Shown here piece by piece: positions 7,918 to 16,253 of a DNA stretch of 64,000 nt. Each line of letters opens with the position of its first letter. The stretch's first letter is position 1. This stretch comes from an uncultured Bacteroidales bacterium. GTDB lineage: Bacteria > Bacteroidota > Bacteroidia > Bacteroidales > B18-G4. The notes below the pieces were generated by a model that worked only from the letters and a program-made list of their open reading frames with translations, was not told where the DNA came from and did no database searches. The position numbers were made by a program, and so were the translations under genes. The DNA lies in the NCBI GenBank assembly GCA_964404735.1, contig CAYOLA010000041.1, positions 1,310-65,309 of the forward strand, read 5' to 3'.

Positions 7918-9839
7918 AACAAAAAATAGGAGTATATATTTGTCACTGCGGGTCGAACATCTCCGACCACATCGATGTAGAAAAGGTAAAGCAAAGTGTG
8001 GAAAAGCAGGAAGGCGTGTATGTGGCAGGCACCACCATGTTTGCCTGTTCCGACTCCGCCCAGAAAGACATCGAGGACGACATCAAAACCAAGGGGCTCG
8101 ATGCCATCGTAATCGCTTCATGTTCCCCGAAGCTGCATCTGCAAACCTTCAGGAATGTAGCCATTCGCGGCGGGTTAAACCCATACAACTATGTACAGGT
8201 AAATATCCGTGAACAGGGTTCGTGGGCCCATGGCGACAAGCCCGTGGAGGCAACCGAAAAGGCGATCCAGCTTGTGAAGGCGGGTATTGCCAGGGTAGCA
8301 GAGTCGAGCGAACTGGAAGCCGTGAAGATCCCTGCCGAAAACAAGGTAGCCGTTATTGGTGCAGGCGTGGCCGGGCTCAGGGCCGCCATCGAACTGGCCA
8401 ATATGGGCACCGAAGTGATCCTGGTCGAAAAGGAACATTTTATCGGCGGAAGGACTTCCCAGTGGGGCCAGCTCTTTACCTCAGAGCAAACAGGGGAGGA
8501 AATCGTGAGCAAAATGTTTGCCAAAGTCATGGCGCATCCAAAAATCACCCTGTACACCGGCACCACGGTAACGGGGAAGTCGGGCGGCGTTGGCAATTAC
8601 AAACTTCAACTAACGCTTAGCCCGCGCTTCATCACTCAAAAATGCGACCCCGAAGGATTCGACCGGGCCATTGAGGTTTGTCCGGTAGAAGTGGAAGACG
8701 AATTCAGCTTCGGACTTGGCAAGCGAAAGGCCATCTATAAAAATTATTCTTCTGAGTTTCCGCAGTTCCCTGCCATCGACAACGCAAACTGCACCCGATG
8801 CGGAAAGTGCCTTGAAGTTTGCAACAATATCGACCTTGAGCAGCAGGAGGAAAAGCTAGTGATCGAAGTCGGATCCATACTCCTGTGCACCGGCTTCGAC
8901 CCTTATGAGCCTCAGGAAGGCGAGTATGGTTACAAGACCATCGACTCCGTCATAACCTTGCCGCAATTCAAACGGCTGATCGCCACACAGCAGGAAAAGC
9001 TCGTATACAACGGCAATGAAATAAAAACCGCAGGGTTTATCTATTGTGTCGGGAGCATGCAAATAAATGGTGAAAACAAATATTGTTCCCGGTTTTGCTG
9101 CACCTCGGCCATTCATGCCGCCCTGGAAGTGAATCAGCATTTCGGCATAAAATCCTATCACCTGAACAGGGGGATACGCACCTACGGCAAACAGGAGATG
9201 CTGTATACACAATCATCGCTCAACGGCGACGTCTACATCGCCTTCGACCCGGAGGAGGAGCCCGTGATCAGCAAAAACGGAAAGGGAACCATGATCAAGG
9301 TAACCGACCTGCTCACTGCCGGCGAAGAACTTGACATACCCGTCGACCTGGTTGTGCTGGTTACGGGAATGGTTCCGCGTGCGGATCAGTCGATCGCGGA
9401 AATCCTGAAAGTTCCCGTAGGGCGTGATAAATTCTTCAACGAAATACATCCAAAACTGCGACCGGTAGAAACCGTTATCGACGGGGTGCAGATCGCCGGA
9501 GCATGCCAGTCGCCGAAAAATATTACCGAATCACTGAAATCATCGCTATCGGCTGCATCAAAGGCAAATTCCCTGGTAAGCAAGGGAGAGATCGAACTGG
9601 AACCCACCCTGGCCATGATACACAAAAATGTATGTACCTGGTGCGGAAAATGTGAGGAAGTATGCCCGTTTGGAGCCATTTTGAAACTTGATAATGATGG
9701 CAGGGAAGTTGCCGAGGTGAACAAGGCAAACTGTAAAGGTTGCGGCATTTGCCTGCCGGTTTGCCCTGTCGACGCCATTGACCTGATCGGCTACACCAAC
9801 CGGGAGATCGAAAGCATGATCGACGCACTGGTGGAATAA
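7914..9839 (+). CDS. HdrA-family FAD/FeS flavoprotein, QmoB-like but lacking the fused MvhD domain
   Basis: 641 aa. The N-terminal domain is HdrA/QmoB-type (IGVYICHCGSNISDHI...ASCSPKLH). It also has FAD motif VAVIGAGVAGLRAA, CSRFCC, and a C-terminal 2x[4Fe-4S] ferredoxin (CTWCGKCEEVCP and CKGCGICLPVCP). Confidence 0.8.
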   Translation: MKQKIGVYICHCGSNISDHIDVEKVKQSVEKQEGVYVAGTTMFACSDSAQKDIEDDIKTKGLDAIVIASCSPKLHLQTFRNVAIRGGLNPYNYVQVNIREQGSWAHGDKPVEATEKAIQLVKAGIARVAESSELEAVKIPAENKVAVIGAGVAGLRAAIELANMGTEVILVEKEHFIGGRTSQWGQLFTSEQTGEEIVSKMFAKVMAHPKITLYTGTTVTGKSGGVGNYKLQLTLSPRFITQKCDPEGFDRAIEVCPVEVEDEFSFGLGKRKAIYKNYSSEFPQFPAIDNANCTRCGKCLEVCNNIDLEQQEEKLVIEVGSILLCTGFDPYEPQEGEYGYKTIDSVITLPQFKRLIATQQEKLVYNGNEIKTAGFIYCVGSMQINGENKYCSRFCCTSAIHAALEVNQHFGIKSYHLNRGIRTYGKQEMLYTQSSLNGDVYIAFDPEEEPVISKNGKGTMIKVTDLLTAGEELDIPVDLVVLVTGMVPRADQSIAEILKVPVGRDKFFNEIHPKLRPVETVIDGVQIAGACQSPKNITESLKSSLSAASKANSLVSKGEIELEPTLAMIHKNVCTWCGKCEEVCPFGAILKLDNDGREVAEVNKANCKGCGICLPVCPVDAIDLIGYTNREIESMIDALVE

Positions 9840-9863
9840 TAAACAAAGCAAAAAAAACTGCAT

Positions 9864-10166
9864 ATGACCACTGCAAAAAAAAATACGATCAAGATCATCA
9901 AGGAACAACGCACAGTGAGCGAACAGGCCAAAGAAAGAAGAAAGACATACGCCGACATCCGGAAGCAATTGCTGAAGGCACTGGAAGAGAGGCCAATGAC
10001 CATCCCGGAACTGGCAGGAGAAACAGGCCTTTCCGCTCATGAGGTTACCTATTACCTTATGACACTTCGCAAATACGGAGAGGTGGTCACCGGCGAAGTT
10101 GATGATGATGACGAATACTATTATTACGAACTCAAAAACAAGCAATTGAATAATGGCAAAGATTAA
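9864..10166 (+). CDS. Small winged-helix-like protein with acidic/Tyr-rich tail (unknown function)
   Basis: 100 aa. A basic N-terminus is followed by RPMTIPELAGETGLSAHEVTYYLMTLRKYGEV (helix-turn-helix-like) and then DDDDEYYYYE (10101-10130). Its last 14 nt overlap the start of the QmoC-like gene. Confidence 0.5.
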   Translation: MTTAKKNTIKIIKEQRTVSEQAKERRKTYADIRKQLLKALEERPMTIPELAGETGLSAHEVTYYLMTLRKYGEVVTGEVDDDDEYYYYELKNKQLNNGKD

Positions 10167-11217
10167 TCCTGAATTTTTACCGGAATTAAAAAAATACGGC
10201 GGCATCGACTTCAGTGCGTGTTATAATTGCGGCAACTGCACGGCCATTTGTTCCCTGTCGACCAAAGACCATTCATTCCCCCGCATGATGGTAAGGGCAA
10301 GCGTTGTGGGGCTCGAAGACAAGGTAAGCAGCTCACTCGATCCATGGCTTTGCTATTATTGCGGTGATTGCAGCACTTATTGTCCGCGCGAAGCCAACCC
10401 CGGTGAACTCATGATGGCCCTGCGCCGCTGGCTCACGGCAAAGTACGACTGGACCGGCTTATCTGGCCTGCTGTACAAATACCTGCCGCTGACCATATTT
10501 GCCTTTGTTGCCACGGCACTGGCAGTGATCGGCATTGCTGCCGTTTATGATTTCAACATGGCTGAGATCATGCATTTCGGGCATCAGTTTGAATTCATTG
10601 CCATACTTGCCGTGTTTGCCATCATCCTACTGCCCAACATTGCACGGATGTGGTACTTTTTGATATACAAGCCCAGGAGGAAGGTTCCGGCCTCAAGCTA
10701 TCTGAAAAGCTTCGGGGCACTCTTCGTCCACATGTTCACACAAAAGAGGACCCTTGGCTGCGACGACAGCCGGCTGCGATGGTTTGAGCACCTGGTGCTG
10801 GTGATCGGCTACCTTACCCTTTTGTTCACCACAGTGGTGCTCGACTGGTTCCGCTCAGACAAGCTGTTTGTCATCATCCTCGGCTATGTGGTGAGTGCGG
10901 TTGTTTTTACCGTAACCTTCGATTTTGTAAAGGGGAGGATAAAAAGAAAAAGTGAGATCAGCAAACACTCCAGGCCTTCCGACTGGTTATTTGTCATATG
11001 GTTGTTCCTGCTGGGTGTTACGGCTTTCTTCACCCGCGTGTTCATTGACCTGGGCATATTGCATGCGCATTTCTGGATGTATCTTTTCCATATGATCATT
11101 TTGGTGCAATGGGCTGTATTGATCGTTCCTTTCGGGAAATGGACGCACTTCCTTTACAGGTCGTTTGCCATGTACTTCGAAGAGGTGCTGCAGCCTAAAG
11201 CTGTTGCAAAAAAGTAA
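10153..11217 (+). CDS. QmoC/HdrE-DsrM-like membrane subunit (N-terminal 2x[4Fe-4S] domain plus heme-b type membrane domain)
   Basis: 354 aa. CYNCGNCTAIC and CYYCGDCSTYCP form an HdrC-like dicluster domain. About 6 hydrophobic helices follow, with His residues placed as in NarI/HdrE-type cytochrome b. Confidence 0.75.
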   Translation: MAKINPEFLPELKKYGGIDFSACYNCGNCTAICSLSTKDHSFPRMMVRASVVGLEDKVSSSLDPWLCYYCGDCSTYCPREANPGELMMALRRWLTAKYDWTGLSGLLYKYLPLTIFAFVATALAVIGIAAVYDFNMAEIMHFGHQFEFIAILAVFAIILLPNIARMWYFLIYKPRRKVPASSYLKSFGALFVHMFTQKRTLGCDDSRLRWFEHLVLVIGYLTLLFTTVVLDWFRSDKLFVIILGYVVSAVVFTVTFDFVKGRIKRKSEISKHSRPSDWLFVIWLFLLGVTAFFTRVFIDLGILHAHFWMYLFHMIILVQWAVLIVPFGKWTHFLYRSFAMYFEEVLQPKAVAKK

Positions 11218-11326
11218 TATCCGGCCGAAGGCTTCACCTGCTTTTTAGCCCTGGAAAAAAGACCATATTCAGGGTTTAACACAAGCATTCCGTTTTAAAT
11301 ATTGTTAACGGAAGCGTGGATATTTT

Positions 11327-11334
11327 TATCTTTG
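11327..11334 (+). promoter_or_regulatory. Candidate Bacteroidota -7 box (TATCTTTG) upstream of mrpA
   Basis: It matches TAnnTTTG, but it lies only 7 nt from the ATG, which would imply a nearly leaderless mRNA. Confidence 0.3.
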
Positions 11335-11341
11335 GAACTCC

Positions 11342-13651
11342 ATGAAACTGCTGTACCTCTTATCGGTCCTTTTCGGGCTGGCCATTGCCGCGCCCTTTGT
11401 GAACCTGCACCTTCGCAGGTACAGCGGTTGGATACTGTCGGTTGTGCCCCTGCTCATTTTTGCCTATTTCATCACCCTGTTGCCTGATATTTCAGCGGGT
11501 GCCGTCATTATCGAAAAGTACAGCTGGATATTCTATCCGGATATCAGCCTGAGTTTCCGGCTCGATGGACTCAGCATGCTTTTCGCCCTGTTGGTGACCG
11601 GTATTGGCGGGCTTATTTTAATCTATGCAGGTTATTATATGCGTTCCTATGAGAAGACAAGCCGTTTTTTTGGTTACCTCGTCTTTTTCATGGCCGCCAT
11701 GCTGGGCCTGGTCCTTTCATCCAACCTCATCTGCCTTTTTGTCTTCTGGGAGCTCACCAGCATCAGTTCTTTTCTTTTGATCGGTTTCAAGTACGAAAAG
11801 GCGGCGGCAAGGGAAGCGGCCTTGCAGGCCCTGCTCATCACAGGCTTTGGAGGACTGGCGCTGCTGGCCGGTTTTGTTCTTTTATCCATTCCCTACGGTT
11901 CCTTCGAGCTGGAGGTGATCATGTCGAACCCACAGGTGCTGGCCAACAGTGACCTCTTTGTGCCGGTGCTGATCCTGATCCTGATCGGTGCTTTCACCAA
12001 ATCTGCCATCTTCCCCTTCCACTTCTGGCTACCCGGCGCCATGCAGGCCCCATCCCCGGTAAGTGCCTTCCTGCACTCAGCTACCATGGTGAAGGCCGGC
12101 ATATTCCTGCTTGCACGTTTGAATCCGCTCATGGACAGCTCAGAATTATGGTTCTATACCCTTTCGGTATTCGGTGCTGTTACCATGTTTGCCGGGGCCT
12201 GGCTTTCGATCTCACAAAACGATATCAAGAAGGTGCTTGCCTACACCACTGTCAGTGCCCTGGGCACCCTGGTATTGCTGATCGGTACAAACACCACCTA
12301 CTCCATGAAAGCCTTCATCATCTTTCTACTGGTGCACGCCCTTTACAAGGCCACCCTGTTCATGATGGCGGGCAATATCGAAAAAAAGACCGGCACCCGC
12401 GATATCAGGCAACTGGGACAGTTGCACCGATACATGCCGGTGGCTGCCCTGATCATGATCCTGGCGCTGCTGTCGATGGCCGGACTGCCACCCATGCTGG
12501 GCTTTATCGGAAAGGAACTCATATATGAAGCGAAGATCAATGCCCCGGGCGCTGCAAACATTGTTTTGTTGCTGGGCTTTTTTGCAAACATATTTATGGT
12601 TTTTGTATCGGTAAGGCTGGCCATTGATGTTTTTTGGGGCAAGAATGCCGTTTATGCCAGGAAACCTTACGAACCCGACATCTCGCTGCTCACCGGCCCG
12701 GCCGTACTGGTATTTCTGAGCCTCTTCCTGGGTCTTTTCCCCGACCTCATCGAAAACAGCCTTGCCACACCTGCCGTGCTGGCCATCAGCCCCGAAGCGG
12801 GTTCGGTCGACCTCAGAATATGGCATGGCTTCAACCTTGTATTGCTTTTGAGCGCATTCACCATCGCTATCGGCGTATTGCTCTATATTTATAAAGAATG
12901 GACACTGGCACTGGCAGGATACATCACACTTCGTTATTTCCGGACCCGGCTGTCGAAGGGATTCTTCAATATGATCAGGGGATTTATCTCCCTGACGAAG
13001 AAAAAGACCAGCTTTATTCAACATGGTTATCACCGTTTTTATCTGATGACCATTTTTATTGCTACCTCCATCCTGGTATGGTACATGCTGCTGCGTATTC
13101 CCTTCCATGATTTCCGGCATGAATCCCTTCAGGCGGTACCGTTCTTTTATTTTGCCATTGCAGGTCTTATTATCATTGCTGCAATTTTCACAGTCACGGC
13201 CCGTTCGCGGCTGATCGCACTGATCTCCATCGGCCTGGTCAGTTTCGGAATTTCAGTGATCTTTATCACCTTCAGCGGTGTTGACCTGGCCATTACCATG
13301 ATCATGGTTGAAACGCTGATGGTAATTCTGGGTGCGATGGTGGTATATCATCTGCCCAAATATTTGAACTTTTCAAAAAGGGGAAGCCGGGTGCGCGATG
13401 GCCTGGTTGCCCTTGTTTTCGGCGGATTCATGACACTGCTGGTGATCAAGGCAGGTGGTGTGGCGCCTGATGACAAGATCTCGGATTTTTTCAGTTCGAA
13501 CAGTTACGGACTGGCTTACGGTAAAAACATTGTTAATGTTATACTGGTTGATTTCAGGGCACTCGATACCATGGGAGAGATTTTGGTACTTTCTCTGGCG
13601 GCCATTGGCATATATGCATTATTAAAGGTAAAACTTAAACCGGGCGAATAG
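11342..13651 (+). CDS. mrpA: Na+/H+ (monovalent cation/H+) antiporter subunit A, Mrp/Mnh type
   Basis: 769-aa polytopic protein. FHFWLPGAMQAPSPVSAFLHSATMVKAG is a NuoL/MrpA-type motif, and the C-terminal extension is typical of MrpA. Confidence 0.9.
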   Translation: MKLLYLLSVLFGLAIAAPFVNLHLRRYSGWILSVVPLLIFAYFITLLPDISAGAVIIEKYSWIFYPDISLSFRLDGLSMLFALLVTGIGGLILIYAGYYMRSYEKTSRFFGYLVFFMAAMLGLVLSSNLICLFVFWELTSISSFLLIGFKYEKAAAREAALQALLITGFGGLALLAGFVLLSIPYGSFELEVIMSNPQVLANSDLFVPVLILILIGAFTKSAIFPFHFWLPGAMQAPSPVSAFLHSATMVKAGIFLLARLNPLMDSSELWFYTLSVFGAVTMFAGAWLSISQNDIKKVLAYTTVSALGTLVLLIGTNTTYSMKAFIIFLLVHALYKATLFMMAGNIEKKTGTRDIRQLGQLHRYMPVAALIMILALLSMAGLPPMLGFIGKELIYEAKINAPGAANIVLLLGFFANIFMVFVSVRLAIDVFWGKNAVYARKPYEPDISLLTGPAVLVFLSLFLGLFPDLIENSLATPAVLAISPEAGSVDLRIWHGFNLVLLLSAFTIAIGVLLYIYKEWTLALAGYITLRYFRTRLSKGFFNMIRGFISLTKKKTSFIQHGYHRFYLMTIFIATSILVWYMLLRIPFHDFRHESLQAVPFFYFAIAGLIIIAAIFTVTARSRLIALISIGLVSFGISVIFITFSGVDLAITMIMVETLMVILGAMVVYHLPKYLNFSKRGSRVRDGLVALVFGGFMTLLVIKAGGVAPDDKISDFFSSNSYGLAYGKNIVNVILVDFRALDTMGEILVLSLAAIGIYALLKVKLKPGE

Positions 13652-13652
13652 G

Positions 13653-14072
13653 ATGCGTTCAGAGATACTTAAAATAGCGGCCATTCACTTAAAGTACGTA
13701 TTGCTTGTGCTGAGCCTGATCGTGCTGGTCAGGGGGCATAATCATCCCGGGGGCGGTTTTATTGGGGGATTGCTGGCAGGATCCGCCTTTGTGCTTTACG
13801 GAATGGCCTTCGGTGCTGAACAGGCAAAGAAGCAAAGGCTTGTAAAGCCATTTTTCAGCATTGCCCTGGGTCTTTTACTCAGCCTGGGCAGCGGTCTGAT
13901 CTCCCTTATTTATAAGCCGGCCGCTTTCCTGCAGGGTGTTTGGGTAACGGTGCCCCTGCCATGGCAGGCATCGCTAAAGCTGGGGACGCCACTGCTTTTC
14001 GATGCAGGGATATTCCTTGTGGTGGCGGGAATGCTGGTATTGGTCATGCTTTCAATCATGGAGGAAGGATAA
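13653..14072 (+). CDS. mrpB: Na+/H+ antiporter subunit B
   Basis: 139 aa with 4 TM helices. It carries the RGHNHPGGGFIGGL motif of MnhB. Confidence 0.85.
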   Translation: MRSEILKIAAIHLKYVLLVLSLIVLVRGHNHPGGGFIGGLLAGSAFVLYGMAFGAEQAKKQRLVKPFFSIALGLLLSLGSGLISLIYKPAAFLQGVWVTVPLPWQASLKLGTPLLFDAGIFLVVAGMLVLVMLSIMEEG

Positions 14073-14073
14073 T

Positions 14074-14424
14074 ATGCTGACGTTGCTTGCTGTGATCATC
14101 GGTTTTCTGTATGCCGCGAGCATATACATGTTCCTGAGAAGGAGCATCGTAAAGCTGGTGCTTGGCATCATCTTCCTCAGCCATGCCACCAACCTGCTGC
14201 TGTTCGTAACGGGAGGGCTGCGCATTGGCCAGCCGGCATTTACGGATGCAGATGGTACGGTCGACCTTGCCACCATCTCCGACCCGCTTCCACAGGCACT
14301 CATACTCACGGCCATCGTCATTGGCCTGGGCATCACTGCTTTTTCCCTCGTGCTGGTATATCGTTTTTACAAGGAAACAGGCACTGTCGACCTCGACGAG
14401 CTTGCCGAAAATGATCAGTCATGA
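14074..14424 (+). CDS. mrpC: Na+/H+ antiporter subunit C (NuoK-like)
   Basis: ATG at 14074 lies directly after the mrpB stop. The product is a 116-aa, 3-TM, NuoK-like protein. The longer track ORF starting at 14002 overlaps mrpB and is an artefactual extension. Confidence 0.85.
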   Translation: MLTLLAVIIGFLYAASIYMFLRRSIVKLVLGIIFLSHATNLLLFVTGGLRIGQPAFTDADGTVDLATISDPLPQALILTAIVIGLGITAFSLVLVYRFYKETGTVDLDELAENDQS

Positions 14425-15899
14425 TATTGTTCACACCTGTCATATTGCCCTTTCTGGCCATTGTGCTCCTGTTGTTCAGTTACAGGCGTGAACGCCTGCA
14501 GCAAGCCATCAGCATTACCTCGATGGGCTTTCTCACCCTGCTGGCGGCATACATACTGTCGGTAGTGCTAAGCGACGGGCCTTTCGCGATGCAGGCAGGC
14601 GGCTGGCCTGCACCTTTCGGCATTAGCTTTGTGGCCGACCTGTTTTCGGCCATCATGCTACTCACAACCGCCGTGCTATCCCTGCTGGCAACCATCTATT
14701 CAACAGGTTTTCTGGACAGCACCCGCCGGAAGGCCGGTTTCTATATCCTCATCCACGGACTGGTCAGCGGGGTGAACGGATCTTTCCTCACAGGCGACAT
14801 CTTCAACCTCTATGTATGGTTCGAGGTGATGCTGATCTCCTCTTTTGTACTGATGACCCTGGGTGCGGAGAAAAAGCAGCTTCGCGGATCCATCAAATAC
14901 GTGGTCTTAAACCTGGTGGGTTCGGTAATCTTTCTTACGGCCATTGGCCTCATCTATGGCAAGACCGGCACACTCAACATGGCCGACCTGGCTTTGCGCT
15001 TGCGTGAATCTGAACACATCGAGCTGATAAACAGCTCCCTGATGCTCTTCTTTATTGCATTTGGCATCAAGGCTGCCCTGTTTCCCTTCTTTTTCTGGCT
15101 GCCTGCCTCCTACCCTACACCACCTGTGGCCATAACTGCATTTCTGGCCGGCACACTTACCAAAGTGGGGGTATATGTGATCATCCGTTTTTACTGTCTT
15201 TTTATCATTTCCGATATGAACGTCTGGTATTACCTTGTAATGGGTATTGCCGGCATTACCATGGTTTCGGGAGTCCTCATGGCCGCATCATCCTATGATA
15301 TCCGAAAAATCCTGTCGTTTCACATCATCAGCCAGATCGGATACATGATCATGGGATTGGGGCTGGCCACCGTGGCCGGGCTGGGGGGCGCCATCTATTT
15401 CATGGTGCACAATATGCTTTCGAAAACAGCTACCTTCATGGCCGGGGGGCTGATATACAAATACAGGGGCACCTACGACCTGCATGCGCTGGGATGGATT
15501 TACAAGGACTTTCCGCTGCTGGCCTTTCTCTTTTTGCTGCCGGCCCTATCGCTGGCAGGCATCCCTCCCCTGCCCGGATTCTTTGGCAAGCTGTTCCTGA
15601 TTTACGGGGGATTTACCGAAGGTGCCTGGATCATTACTTCCATCGCCATCATCGTCAGTATCATCACCCTCTTCTCCATGATCAAGATCTGGAATGAAGC
15701 AGTATGGAAAAACCCGCCGGTCGATAAAACAGCGATGCAAAAAAACAAATTGCCACGTTCAGCATTCTACGCCACCATTGCCATGGTTATCCTCATCGTC
15801 CTTTTTGGTTTGGCAACAGGTCATTTATCAGGCCATTTCTTTGAGGCGGGCAGGCAGGTAATGGATGCAGACTTATATATCAATACCGTTATAAAATAG
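14421..15899 (+). CDS. mrpD: Na+/H+ antiporter subunit D (NuoN/M-like)
   Basis: 492 aa. FFFWLPASYPTPPVAITAFLAGTLTKVG is an antiporter-like motif. An ATGA overlap joins it to mrpC. Confidence 0.9.
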   Translation: MILFTPVILPFLAIVLLLFSYRRERLQQAISITSMGFLTLLAAYILSVVLSDGPFAMQAGGWPAPFGISFVADLFSAIMLLTTAVLSLLATIYSTGFLDSTRRKAGFYILIHGLVSGVNGSFLTGDIFNLYVWFEVMLISSFVLMTLGAEKKQLRGSIKYVVLNLVGSVIFLTAIGLIYGKTGTLNMADLALRLRESEHIELINSSLMLFFIAFGIKAALFPFFFWLPASYPTPPVAITAFLAGTLTKVGVYVIIRFYCLFIISDMNVWYYLVMGIAGITMVSGVLMAASSYDIRKILSFHIISQIGYMIMGLGLATVAGLGGAIYFMVHNMLSKTATFMAGGLIYKYRGTYDLHALGWIYKDFPLLAFLFLLPALSLAGIPPLPGFFGKLFLIYGGFTEGAWIITSIAIIVSIITLFSMIKIWNEAVWKNPPVDKTAMQKNKLPRSAFYATIAMVILIVLFGLATGHLSGHFFEAGRQVMDADLYINTVIK

Positions 15900-15905
15900 A
15901 AGAAG

Positions 15906-16253
15906 ATGAAAAAGATTTTATTCATAAGCATACGCCTTTTCCGCCTGCTGCTTTTCATCATATTCTACTTTAAGGAATTGCTGCTTTCGGGGGTATTGCT
16001 GGCGCGTGACATCATCCGGCCGAAAAAAACCTTTACCCACGGCATCATCCGGATCGGGATTGACATCAGCAGCCCGACGGCACTGATGACCATGGTCAAC
16101 CTGGTTTCGATGACGCCAGGCAGCCTGATCATCGAACTCACGCCTGATCACAGGTACCTGTATGTGCATGTGATGTACCTGGAAGATCCTGAAAGGTTTG
16201 AAAGCGACTTAAAAAACAAATTTGAAAAAAAAATAAAACGTATATTCGAATGA
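15906..16253 (+). CDS. mrpE: Na+/H+ antiporter subunit E (short form)
   Basis: 115 aa. SMTPGSLIIELTPDHRYLYVHVM matches the conserved MnhE core. By my recollection it is shorter than typical MrpE of about 160 aa. Confidence 0.7.
   Translation: MKKILFISIRLFRLLLFIIFYFKELLLSGVLLARDIIRPKKTFTHGIIRIGIDISSPTALMTMVNLVSMTPGSLIIELTPDHRYLYVHVMYLEDPERFESDLKNKFEKKIKRIFE

Noticed and set aside
6613-9839. Possible selenocysteine (in-frame TGA) or frameshift in the HdrA-like genes, as occurs in some HdrA/MvhD homologs
   Set aside because: Both ORFs are uninterrupted with all expected Cys motifs encoded by TGC or TGT. No in-frame TGA or split frame was observed.
9558-10205. 215-aa minus-strand ORF spanning the qmoB-like 3' end and the small wHTH gene
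   Set aside because: It is antisense to two plus-strand genes that have clear ferredoxin motifs and operon logic. I found no motif in it, and it would break the co-directional operon.
12326-13120. 264-aa ORF on the minus strand inside mrpA
   Set aside because: It is antisense to a gene with unmistakable MrpA/NuoL motifs. It is Gln/His/Gly-rich and is not membrane-like or domain-like.
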